NCBI RefSeq assembly: GCF_009914755.1
Contig: NC_060946.1
Direction: 5' to 3' (one strand)
DNA length: 64,000 bases
From: the human T2T-CHM13v2.0 reference genome, Homo sapiens
The position numbers were made by a program, and so were the translations under genes. Shown here piece after piece: positions 39,665-64,000 of this stretch (position 1 is its first letter; every line of letters begins with the position of its first letter). Under the pieces are notes generated by a model. It was given only the letters and a program-made list of their open reading frames with translations, did not search any database and was not told the origin of the DNA.

Positions 39665-40399
39665 CTAGCACTTTGGGAGGCCAAGGCTGGTGAACGGCTT
39701 GAGCTCAGGAGTTTGAGACCAGCCCAGGCAACATGGCAAAACCCTATCTCTACTAAAAATACAAAAAAAATTAGCCAGGTGTGGTGGTGCACACCTGTAA
39801 CCCTAGCTACTCAGGAGGCTGAGGCGAGAGAATTGCTTGAACCTGAGGGATGGAGGTTGCAGTGAGCCAAGATCACACCACTGCACTCCAGTGTAGATGA
39901 CACAGCAGGACTCTGTCTCAAAAAAAAAAAAAGAAGTGACAACCTGGGACAACTTAAATGCAGCTCATATCACATAAGTCGAATTTTTCTAATATATAAA
40001 GAGCTCCCAGAAATCAATAAGAAGACTAACACCCCAAAACAAAATGGGCCAAAGACAATTCACACACATACAAAATATGACCTCTAAACAAGTAAGCTAG
40101 AGCAAGGATCTTTTTATAAGTAATAGAAATGCAAATGGACATACTCAGATAGCATCTCTCACATATCAGATCAGCAAAAATCCAAAACACTTAACACATT
40201 ATTTTGGCAAGGCTGTGAGCAAACAGGCATGCTCATACACAGCCAGTGGGCATGCAGACAGTGCTCAGCCGCAATTTAACAACATCTATCTCACTCTGGG
40301 GCTTTATCCTACAGATGAATGACATTTGCACAAGGTCACAGGTTTGCAGTTGCAAAAGATTAGAAACAACCCAAGGTCTTTCTTGAAGAGGCTGATTAA

Positions 40400-40744
<345 letters not shown>

Positions 40745-42402
40745 TGACCTCAAGTGATCCACCCACCTCGGCCTTCCAAAGTGCTAGGATCACAGGCGTG
40801 AGCCACCGTGACTGGTCTCAGTACGTATTTTTTTGAAAGGATGAGTAAATGATACCAGTCCTGCCCACAAAGCCGGGATCAAATGTGATAACTAATCCTG
40901 GGAAATGCCCTTTGCAAACTATAAACTCTACGCAGATGCAAATTACAGCTGCCTCATTATTTGAAGGTACAAATCAAGTCACATGCCTTTAGCTCTTCAT
41001 GGTAAAGTACCTGACTACTTGCCAGTCCCAAGAGCGCCTTTCTTCCTTCCCTGAGGCCACCCTTCCCTCCCAGGGTCACTCTAGCTCCCCACAGGAAGCT
41101 GGATCTGGCTGGGTGGGGCTGGCTTCTCAGGGGCAGAGTGAAATTCCCCGCAACCCCTCCACCGGGTTTTATCTCAGTTCCGAAAGCACTGAGTGACCTT
41201 GAATCTGGGCTCTTACACCTTCGCTCTGGACACACGCACATGCACACGTGGGGATATCCTGTTGTGCCAGGCTGCCTGGATGTGGATAAGTTTTCTGACT
41301 TGGTCACTTGCTATGCGCAGAGATCCCAGAGATGCAAATCGCAGGGAAAGCTCTTCACAGGGAAATCTTGCCTGGCAAATGCAATGCCCATGGAAAGGGC
41401 ATCTAGAAATCTTGGTCTGAGTTAGAAGAGTCCTGAGTTCGTTCTATTTGAAAGAAAGTTTCCATATTGCTTCACTTTCACCTGTTTTACTGTCTTAAAG
41501 ATTAAAAATAACCAGTAGCAAGGCCGAGTGTGGTGACTCACACCTGTAATCCCAGCACTTTGAGAGGCCGAGGTGAGTGGATCACTTGAGGCCAGAAGTT
41601 CAAGACCAGGCTGGCCAACAGGGTGAAACCCTGTCTCTACTAAAAATACAAAAATTGGCTGGGCGTGGTGGCGGAAGCCTGTAATCCCAGCTACTTGGTA
41701 GGCTGAGGCAGGAGAATTGCTTGAACCCAGGAGGCAGAGGTTGCAGTGAGCCACTGCACTCCAGCCTGGGCGACAGAGTGTGACTCCGTCTCAATAAAAC
41801 AACAACTACAACAAAAATAGTAGCAAAAGAGAGTGCTCATTCTCCCCCCGCTCCCCCAGCATCACCTACTGCGTGTTCTTGTCATTAACCACCTTTGCTA
41901 ACTGGATACTGCCTGAGAAGGGGCCTGTCTATCTTCTACACCCTGCTCTGTAGCCTCCCCCTCAATTCTAAGCCTCAGTTTCTTCATCTGTAAAATAAAG
42001 AGCTGAGAAAAGACAATCTCTTAGGACCCTTCTAGAAAGGCCTTCCTAATCTGGTCTCCTGGCACCACCTCTGTCCATTCCATCAGAAGCCAACATCACT
42101 GACCTCTTAGAGCGGCTCCATGCCACCCGCCCCCTTGGGTCAAGGCCAAGGGTGCAGAAGACCAAGTCAGGAGGTGACAATTCACAGGTGAGAGTTTCTG
42201 CTCAACCTCGTGCAAGAAGTCATCCTGGAAAGAAACCAGACAAGTCCCCAGCACTGCCCTTCGCACCTTGACTGTTCATCCAACAAGTGCCTGGGCGCCA
42301 ATGTTGTGGCGGCCCCTCTCCAAGGTCAGGGAATATGTACAACAGGGAAGAGAAGGATTGTCTTTGGCTTCATGGAGCTGACATTCTAGTAGGGGAAAAT
42401 TA

Positions 42403-42747
<345 letters not shown>

Positions 42748-43166
42748 TCAGGTGCTGACTGGGCGAGGTGGCTCACACCTGTAATCCCAGCACTTTGGGA
42801 GGCTGAGGTGGGAGGATCTTGAGGCCAAGAGTTCAATACCAGCCTGGGCAACGCAGGAAGACCTCATCTCTACAAAAAATAAAAATAAAAAAATTAGCCA
42901 GAGGCCAGGCACAGTGGCGCATGCCTGTAATCCCAGCACTTTGGGAGGCTGAGGCAGGAGAATCTTGAGGCCAAGAGTTGCGTGGGAAACATAGGGAGAC
43001 TGCATCACTACAAAAAATAAAAATAAAACAATTAGCCAGGGGTGGTAGTCCTAGCTATTCAGGAAACTGAGGTGGGAGGACTGCGTGAGCCCAGAAGGCT
43101 GAGGCTGCAGTGAGCTATGCTCATACCACCGCACTCCAGCCTGGGCAACAGAGCAAGACTCTGTCT

Positions 43167-43203
<37 letters not shown>

Positions 43204-44155
43204 GGAATGGTGGCTCCCTCCTGTAATTCCAGAATTTTGGAAGGCCAAGGCGGGAGCATCACTTGAGCCCAGGAGTCCGGGACCAGCCTGGGCAACATAG
43301 TGAAACCCCGTTTCTTCAAAAAATACAAAAATTAGCATGTGCCTGTAGTCCCAGCTACTTGGGAGGCTGAGGTAGGAGGATGGTTTGCGCCCAGAAGACT
43401 GAGCCAGGGTTTCATAACTGCACACCAGGTTGGGCAACAGAGCAAGGTCCTGTCTCAAAAAAAAAAAAGATCAACCTAGCCAACATGGTGAAACACTGTC
43501 TCTACCAAAAATACAAAAATTAGCCAGGCATGGTGGCTGGCACCTGTAATCCTAGCCACTCGGGAGGCTGAGAATCGCTTGAACCCAGGAGGCGGAGGTT
43601 GCAGTGAGCCGAGATGGTGCCACTGCACTACAGGCTGGAAAAAAGAAAGAAAAGGAAAGAGAAAAAGAAAAGAAATAAAGAAATACATCAGGGGGTAAAA
43701 TGTGCCAAGAGAAAAATGCACTCAGGGAGATGGGCTGCGGGGCAGGGGCTACTACATACAGTTGGGTTAGGGGGTGCTGCTCTGAAAAGGGGACATTTGC
43801 GCTGAAGCCTGAAGGAAGCCAGGGAACACACTGTGGGGCCCTGGAGTAAGTGACTCAGGGAGGAGGAAGATCAGGGATTGCAAAGATCCAGGGGCGAGTG
43901 TGGCTGAGTTCTGAGCAAACAGCAGAGTATGTGGGGTGGGGGGGTTCCAGGACAGGAGGTCAGAAAGATAAGGGGAGGGTGGGCCACAGGGGGCCTTGAG
44001 AGCTGCTGAAGGACTTGCCTTTTGATTGGGATGATTTTGGGAGTGCTACAGTGTGACTTACGTCTTAGAGATCTAAGAGAGCAATACAGCTTCATACCAT
44101 AAATTCCAAGGCAACATTGTCTCCCACCTTAAGGTAGTTCCTGCCTTCATTTCAT

Positions 44156-44202
44156 ACATTTCCTATCTTGACCACCAGAAATGTGGTCAAGATAGGAAAT
44201 GT
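44156..44202. repeat. Perfect inverted repeat, 20-bp arms, 7-nt loop
   Basis: ACATTTCCTATCTTGACCAC-cagaaat-GTGGTCAAGATAGGAAATGT. Confidence 0.95.
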
Positions 44203-44331
44203 TTTGATCTTTTTGGCTTTTATAAACAACACCATGGTAACCATCACTTACATCTTTGAGCATGTCCTTAATTACTTCTATAGGATTGGTTCCTAGAAGT
44301 GAGCCCTCTGGGTCAAAGGAAATGTAATTCA

Positions 44332-44579
<248 letters not shown>

Positions 44580-46569
44580 CTAGACAACAGAGCAAGAACC
44601 TATCTCAAAAATTATATTTAAAAAAAAAGGTAACTCCTGGAATCAAGCAATCCACCCCCTTCAGCCTCCTAAAGTGCTGGGATTACAGGTGTGAGCCACC
44701 ACACCTGGCCGGAAAGATACAATCTTTTTTTTTTTTTTTTGAGATTCGCTCTTTTTGCCCAGGCTGGAGTGCAATGGTGCAATCTCAGCTCACTGCAAAC
44801 TCCGCCTCCTGCGTTCAAGCGATTCTTCTGCCTCAGCCTCCTGAGTAGGTGGGATTACAGGAATGCACCAGCACACCCAGCTAATTTTGTATTTTTAGTA
44901 GAGATAGGGTTTCTCCATGTTGGTCAGGCTGGTCTCGAACTCCCGACCTCAGGTGATCCGCCCGCTTCGGCCTCCCAAAGTGCTGGGATTACAGGCATGA
45001 ACCACTGCGCCCGGCCTCAGAAATATAATTTAAATCTTCAGATATGGAGCCCTAACCTGCTCTCTCCCACTCCTACTCCAGGCTCAGGGCACACTTGCCT
45101 CACCACAGGCTCTCCCAGGGCATAGGAGGGCGAGTGGGGTGCATGACCATCCTCTCCACCACTGGGGTGAGTGGCAAATGTGATCTCACTGTTGTTTCTG
45201 TTTGCACTGCTGACGGGGTGAGAAGGCTTCTCCAGTGTTGAGTTAACATTTATTAAAAGCTCACTGTCAGGCCTGGAGCTGTGTGGTTTAATAGTAACAA
45301 TGGCGTGTATTTTCTGAGCACTGACCATGTGCAGCCGTTGGTCAAAGTGGTTTTCTGCTTTGACTTGTTCAATCCCTCACCATCCTGTGTGGCAGGTCCT
45401 CTTATGATTAACTACAGTGTAAGTGTAGAGGAAACCAAGGCCTGCTGGGCAGCGGCAGAGCGGGGTTCAAACACCCTTTGCTGGGGGAAGGGGGTCTGTC
45501 TACCTGTGGCCCAGCCTCATTTGCCTGGGGCTGCACCAGGGCTAGGGGCTCAATCTCACTGTGGCCAAGAGGAGGTGCTTGACTCTGAGACTCAGTCTCC
45601 TTGTCTGTAAAATGGGAATAACAGAGCATGGTGGCTGAGAGGGTCTGGTAAGGTCAGGTAACAGTGTCTGGCTTAATGGGTAGAGGCCTACCCCCAACTG
45701 AAGGGGAAGGAGCAAATGATGGTCACAGATGATCAGGGCTCTCTGGGTCCCGTAACTATATCTGGGACAATGACTTTCAAACAGGTGAAGACAGACACTC
45801 TTCCTGTTTCGCTCTCATGTGCTGGTCCACCTGGCTCCCCGTCTGCCAGCTGACTGCACAGCGTGACCGCAGAAGGCTGTGGTGCTCCTGCTGGAGTAGG
45901 CTTGTGGTGGGTGACAGTGCGGGCACAGGGGAAGGTGTGTGGGCACAGGGGAGGGTATGTGGACACTGGTCTGGAAGGGAAGGGGGCTCCCCTAGTCCTG
46001 TGGCCAACTGCACAGCTGGAAGCTCCTGAACCCCCAGGATATGTCCAGAGGGAAGACAAAGGTGGCAGATGGGAGAGGAAAAGGCACTTATTCAAAGAGC
46101 TGCCACTTCCTGATAGCTACAAGAAACAGAGCCTCGGAGAGAAGAGCAATTCCCAAGGGCTTGTGGTTGGTATGTGGACAGCCTGCTTTGAACCTGGCCC
46201 TGCATGGACTCACCCTGAACTAGGCTCTCTCCTCCCTGCGTAGTCATCAATGGGAGTGTTCACACCTGCTCCCTCCCAGGGAGGAGGCACCAAAGACTGG
46301 GGCCCTCCCCTCTACTGACTTCCAACTCCCTCTGGGGAAGATCAAAGCCAATTCATCAAGTGTCCCCCAAGCCCCTCCCTCTTGCCTCCTGTCCTCACCA
46401 GCCCGGGAGGATCCTTGGGAGCAGCACTGCATCCTCCCACCTCCTCAGTCCTCGGAGACCTCAGCCTATCAACCTGTCCCTCCTTCTCCTGGGCCTGAGG
46501 GAGCTGAGCTCTCTCTTCTAGCTTTCCCATCAGCTCATAAATGCAGCCAAGTCTCCCTCATCAGAAAGC

Positions 46570-46920
46570 ACACACACAGATAAAGTAAAACAAAAAACTT
46601 GCTGCTCCTCTCTATCTCTCTGTCTCACAGACATACACCCACACACACACCCACGCACGCACAAACACACCAACAAATAAGAGCCAAATGATAAACTGGG
46701 GAAAGATCCTTGGCACACAAAGACCAGACAAGGGGTAAAACCTTACTGATGAGCTCAAACCAATCAATAAGCAACACACAAAGAACCTGGCTTCTCGTAC
46801 TCTGACCCAGGAGTTTCATTTCTAGGAAATACGAAGAAATATCTAGCTGGGTCCAGATACAGCCATTCTAGAAGTTCATACGCACTGATTACCAGGTTCA
46901 TTCCTTCCCAGGAAAGATCT
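46570..46920. promoter_or_regulatory. Intron 1 erythroid-type enhancer (P1/P2-determining region)
   Basis: AGATAA 46578-46583, TGATAA 46689-46694, CACCC boxes, EGR-type CACCCACGCA near 46648-46657, STAT-type TTCTAGGAA 46820-46828. It lies about 3 kb into intron 1, where the known P1/P2 regulatory SNP sits. Confidence 0.65.
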
Positions 46921-47076
46921 GGCCATGTATAAATGTATGCAGAAATTCAATGTAACATTATCAAAAAGAGCCAAATATATTTTTAAAAAGTCAAGAGATC
47001 CAATAACTCAACATGACATAGCAAAATGCAAGCATTGAAAAATATAAAAAATGTCTGCGATGAGGAATGCTCGTGA

Positions 47077-47584
<508 letters not shown>

Positions 47585-49120
47585 TAGGTGCCAGGCCTGG
47601 CACTAGGCTCTGGGATCTGGACAAGGGTCCTTCCCTCCAGGAGCTTCCAATCTGGAGGGAAGCATGCGGTGAGCCAATGAAAATGCAGGGTGATCAACAG
47701 GGGTTTGTGAGCACGCCTAGCAGGTCCCCAAAGAAGGAGGCAGCTGGGGAGAGTGAGAGGAGGTGCACTTCAGAACTCAGATGGCTGGCTTGGTGGTGGA
47801 GGCCGTCCACCTGCCACCACCTTCCGGGACCTGCATCCCCAGCTGAACTGCATCCTTGGAGGTCTGAACCCAGTGGCCCCGTGGCCAGGTGGGCTTGGGA
47901 GTTGCTAGCTGGGGCTGATGTGGTAGTTCACAACCTCCTGGTGTTCCACACAAACCACCTGGAGATTCTGCCAATCCTGCTCCACACTGGGGTCCCAGGG
48001 CCCATCACACGAACTGGAAATTAATGGACCCATTAACCTAGCAGCTAGAGGGCTTCAATTAGTACAAGGAAACAAAACATATTTTGTAGATGGCTGTCCA
48101 TTTTGGAGTTTATCCTCTAATACTGAGCTGTGCTAGCAGACAAGAAACGACAGGCACCCAAGGCATTAGAAAAATGTTTGAGAGAAAAACTAATGACAAC
48201 ATTGGGTGTAGTGGTGTGTGCCTGCAGTCTCAGCCACTAGGGAAGCTGGGGTGGGAGGATCGCTTGAGCCTAGCAGTTTGAGACTACAGTGAGCTGCCAC
48301 AGCATTCCAGCCTGGGTGACAGAGGGAGACCCTAAAAAACAAACAAACAGAAAACTAATGACAGAGAGGATTCCATCTCTCCTCTTCCTTTCTTTTCCTA
48401 TTTTGTTTTCCTTTGTATTCCTTTGATTTGGGGACCCTCTTTTTGGGGGCTGCAGCTATGGAAACACAGTGTAGCAGGGTTTCGGGTCCTGGAGAAGGTT
48501 TGAGGCTGGAAGAGGGCTGTGGGAAATCTTGAGGGAGGCCTGGCTCCATCCGCACTCTGCTATGGGACCTTGGGCAGGGTGGCTCCCTCATTCTTTGGGA
48601 GGAGGTGACAAAGGGGAAGTCTTTGGGCAGCTGGTGGCGGGAACGGGAAGGCCAGACCTGGCCTGAGACCCACCAGGTGCTCGGGGTTATTTGCTGAGTG
48701 CAGGGTACGTGACCCCAAGGGGCCTTCGCGGAACAATCACTCGACGTTGGCGGAGGGGAGGAAGCCGCAGAGAGGGTGTCGTGAGGGAAAGGTGGGTGCA
48801 GGGGAAATGGCGCTTTAACCCACTCAGGGCCAGAGGCTCAGCCGAGACTATCCAGGTGGGAACTTGTCCCTCCGGATGACAGGTGATGAAACTGAGGGAA
48901 GGGGACTCGCCCTGGCAGTGAAACGGGATGGGCGCTGGGACCAGGTGCCCCGGCAGATCCTCTCCCAAGCCCAGTTCCGCTCCCGCTCAGTCCTCAACCT
49001 TCCCCAGCTGGAGAGGAGGGAGAGGCGCCTGCGGATCCGAGGCGAGCGCGGAGGCCGGGCGACTCCAACCGGCTCGCCCCGTGCCCAGCTCGTACCCAGG
49101 CCGTTTCCCGCACGGGGAGG

Positions 49121-49186
49121 GCCCTTCCCGCTTCTGAGCAGGTCCAAATCCTCGCCCTTCCCGCTTCTGAGCAGGTCCAAATCTTC
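49121..49186. repeat. 33-bp tandem duplication in the CpG island
   Basis: GCCCTTCCCGCTTCTGAGCAGGTCCAAATC(C/T)TC x2. Confidence 0.95.
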
Positions 49187-49709
49187 ACCCTCCCTAAGGC
49201 CGGCGCCGACGCTTCCAGCCCGGCAGAGCCCCCTCCTGCCGGCCGCTCTCCATCCCCGTCCCCGGTCGCATCCGCTCCGGGGCGAGCACCGCCCGACGCC
49301 CAGGCTTCCCCCGGACGGAGGAGCGCGACTCACCCACGGTGGCCGGGCAGAGCCTGCCTCGAACCCGGCTTCTCCCCGACGCCCTCTCTCCAGCCCCGGG
49401 ACCCAACCGGGTGGGGCTGCCCTCGAGGGCTCCGGAGCCAGGCGCGTCCTGCCCGCGAGGGCCGGGGCTCCGGGTCCCGCCGCCGCGCTCTACTTCGGGG
49501 CGCAGTTGGGGTGGAGGCGGTGGCCGGGACCGCCGCGCGGGGTTCGTGCGCGCACAAATGTCGCCTCCAGAACAGGTGGCCCGGGCTAGGGCGGCGGCCC
49601 AGCCCCTCCGCCCCTGCCCCTGCCTTCCCGAGGCGCCTCCTCCCCACTGCGAGCCGCAGGATCCCCCTGGAGCCCCCGTCCCCCGCAACATCGGCGCGGC
49701 CCCTCGTAC

Positions 49710-49783
49710 CTCTAGCTCCAGCGGCGGCGGGCGGCGGACAGCGGGGCCCCGGCGGGCGGGCGGCGCGGCGGCCGGAGGGCAGT
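49710..49783 (-). other. A4GALT: A4GALT exon 1 (non-coding, GC-rich)
   Basis: Donor CTAGAG|gtacga at 49709-49708, inside the CpG island just downstream of GC boxes. The 5' end is approximate. Confidence 0.8.
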
Positions 49784-49823
49784 GCCTGGGGCCCGGCGGG
49801 AGGCAGCACCGCCCCTCCGGCCC

Positions 49824-49917
49824 GGGGCGGGGTCAGCGCCGCCCCGCCCCGCCCGTCCCGACCTACCCTGCGGGTCCCGGTCCCCAGAGCCCCTGCGGGG
49901 TCCCCGCGACCCCGCCC
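49824..49917. promoter_or_regulatory. Cluster of Sp1/KLF GC boxes upstream of exon 1
   Basis: GGGGCGGGG at 49824-49832, overlapping CCCCGCCCC at 49842-49854, and CCCCGCCC near 49910. Confidence 0.75.
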
Positions 49918-50078
49918 GCGCGCCCTCGCTGCTCCCCGGGGCGGCTGCGGACAGTCCCCAGTCCGCCGGCCAACAGGTAGGGAGCGCTCCCCGGCCTCCG
50001 CGCCGCCAGTATTACGGGTTACCATCCCGTTTTCCCCATTGAACTGATGAGAAAACTGAGGTTCAGAGGGTTGAGTAC

Positions 50079-50210
50079 CTCGATATTCTGCAGTGGAGAA
50101 GGGACGCTGTCACCCCTGGGACCCGGGTCGGCCTGATCCCACCGCCTCCTGCCGGGACCGTGCTAAGGGCATTGCCTGCATCACCCCAGTGTTTGCGGAA
50201 TTCCAGTTAT
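50079..50210 (-). other. Possible upstream alternative first exon of A4GALT
   Basis: Donor-like CGAG|gtactc at the edge of the CpG island. I recall an upstream-starting isoform but cannot verify it. Confidence 0.3.
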
Positions 50211-50841
50211 TTGCTGTATCCTTAACGCCGCCCCGTCCTTTCTCTACTCCTCCTCCTCACTCTCACCTCGCCCCATCTTCACAGCATATTGCTATTGGTA
50301 ATTTGTTCAATGTGAGAAATTGGAATGTATCACACACAATTCGTGTATCATAAAACTGTATTTTATTCTCTGTGGAACATGCCATGTTTCCAGCATGTCA
50401 CAGTCCTGGTGCTTTTAGTTCTTACTCCTCTGGGACAACAAAGACTGCAAAAAATGAAACCATTGGGTGACTTCTTGAGTGCTGACGCCCATCCTCTCAC
50501 TCAACTCATGACCCAGTGCCCAAGCCACTGAGAAAATGGAACCTCTATCCTAGCCCTGAGAAAGAGCCTGGCACTCAATGGGTGCCCAATAAATACACTT
50601 CGAATGAAGGAATCAGTAGAAAATTCCCACCAGCTCCCCCACCCACCCGCTGAGGTAGCACCCAGTCCCTTCCCTCTTGGGACCGGGCTGAACCCGTCCA
50701 GCTCCTGGCCACGACCACCCCCTCCAGAAGATCCCGACCCTTCACGCCAACACTGATCCCGAAACCCTGCCCTCTCTCCATTCTCCCTGGGTCATTCCCA
50801 TCACAGGCTGTTACTTCTCCCATCTTAAAACGGAAACAAGA

Positions 50842-63110
<12,269 letters not shown>

Positions 63111-63689
63111 ACAAAGACATCTCTTTTGTGTCATTTTGGTGGAATTTCGGGAGAAAGTGGAGGTGGCTGCTTCGTATCTGACCTCCATCTCTGCTGGCTG
63201 TGTGGGAGGGATTATCGTCCCATTTTACAGATGAAGAAACTGAACTCTGGAGAGATTGCCTGACCCATCCGATGTTGTGTGACTTGGCGCTGAGTCCACT
63301 TGCCTCTCCTTTCTCTCCAGTTTGCTCGGCAGGCCCTGGCTATAACTCATTGGCTGTTCAGCCCAGCAAAGCGTGCAGCCACTGTGCCTTGCTGGAGCCC
63401 CTGGGAGATATACTGAACAATGACAACAGGTATGAGGAGGCGTTTTGCAACCACCAAGTGCTGTGTGGGTGTTGACTGCTGCACAGATTCTGCCTGATAA
63501 CTGAAGCCCAGGCCTTGGGGTCACAGTGACCTGGGGTTGGATGCTGATCCAGCCCGGGGCTAAGCCTGTGACTCTCTTGAGCCTGGAAGGATGACACGGG
63601 CCCCTGCTGCATGCACTGTTGGAAGCATTACCTGAGATGATGCAAAGCACCCAGCACATATGTGACTTCCATTATTGTCTTCTTAGACG

Positions 63690-63999
<310 letters not shown>

Positions 64000-64000
64000 G

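Larger units (their letters stand above)
48950..50170. promoter_or_regulatory. CpG island / TATA-less promoter of A4GALT
   Basis: Very high GC and CpG density compared with the CpG-depleted flanks; spans exon 1. Confidence 0.9.

Noticed and set aside
48864-50047. Several 160-240 aa Pro/Arg/Gly/Ala-rich ORFs on both strands
   Set aside because: Stop-codon scarcity in the CpG island; low complexity and no family resemblance.

Overview
Human genomic DNA, extremely Alu-rich, that I recognise from the protein as the A4GALT locus (22q13.2; Gb3/CD77 synthase, P1PK blood group). The gene is on the minus strand. Exon 1 (~49710-49783) lies in a CpG-island/GC-box promoter and is followed by a ~25 kb intron 1, non-coding exon 2 (24357-24497) and exon 3 (~20985-22861), which holds the whole 353-aa CDS (21754-22815). 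It is the only credible protein-coding gene; the other ORFs in the track are Alu/LTR/L1-derived or GC-rich noise. The haplotype looks non-reference and P2-like: Val37, and T at nt 42 of the Alu-derived exon 2a, which opens the 28-aa ORF. The rest is Alus, a near full-length THE1 (MaLR) element, MER41A, MLT1/MLT2, an ERVL dUTPase relic, old L1/L2/MIR and microsatellites. I see no new multi-gene system. The most interesting observations are: two strong-Kozak uORFs that exist only when exon 2 is included, each dependent on a splice junction; a tailless 5S rRNA retrocopy with a 16-bp TSD inside the THE1 3' LTR; recent tandem duplications of 27, 33 and 134 bp; a perfect 20-bp inverted repeat; and a (GGAA)15 array. 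Repeat subfamily names and rsID/allele assignments are from memory and need database confirmation. Repeat boundaries are approximate.
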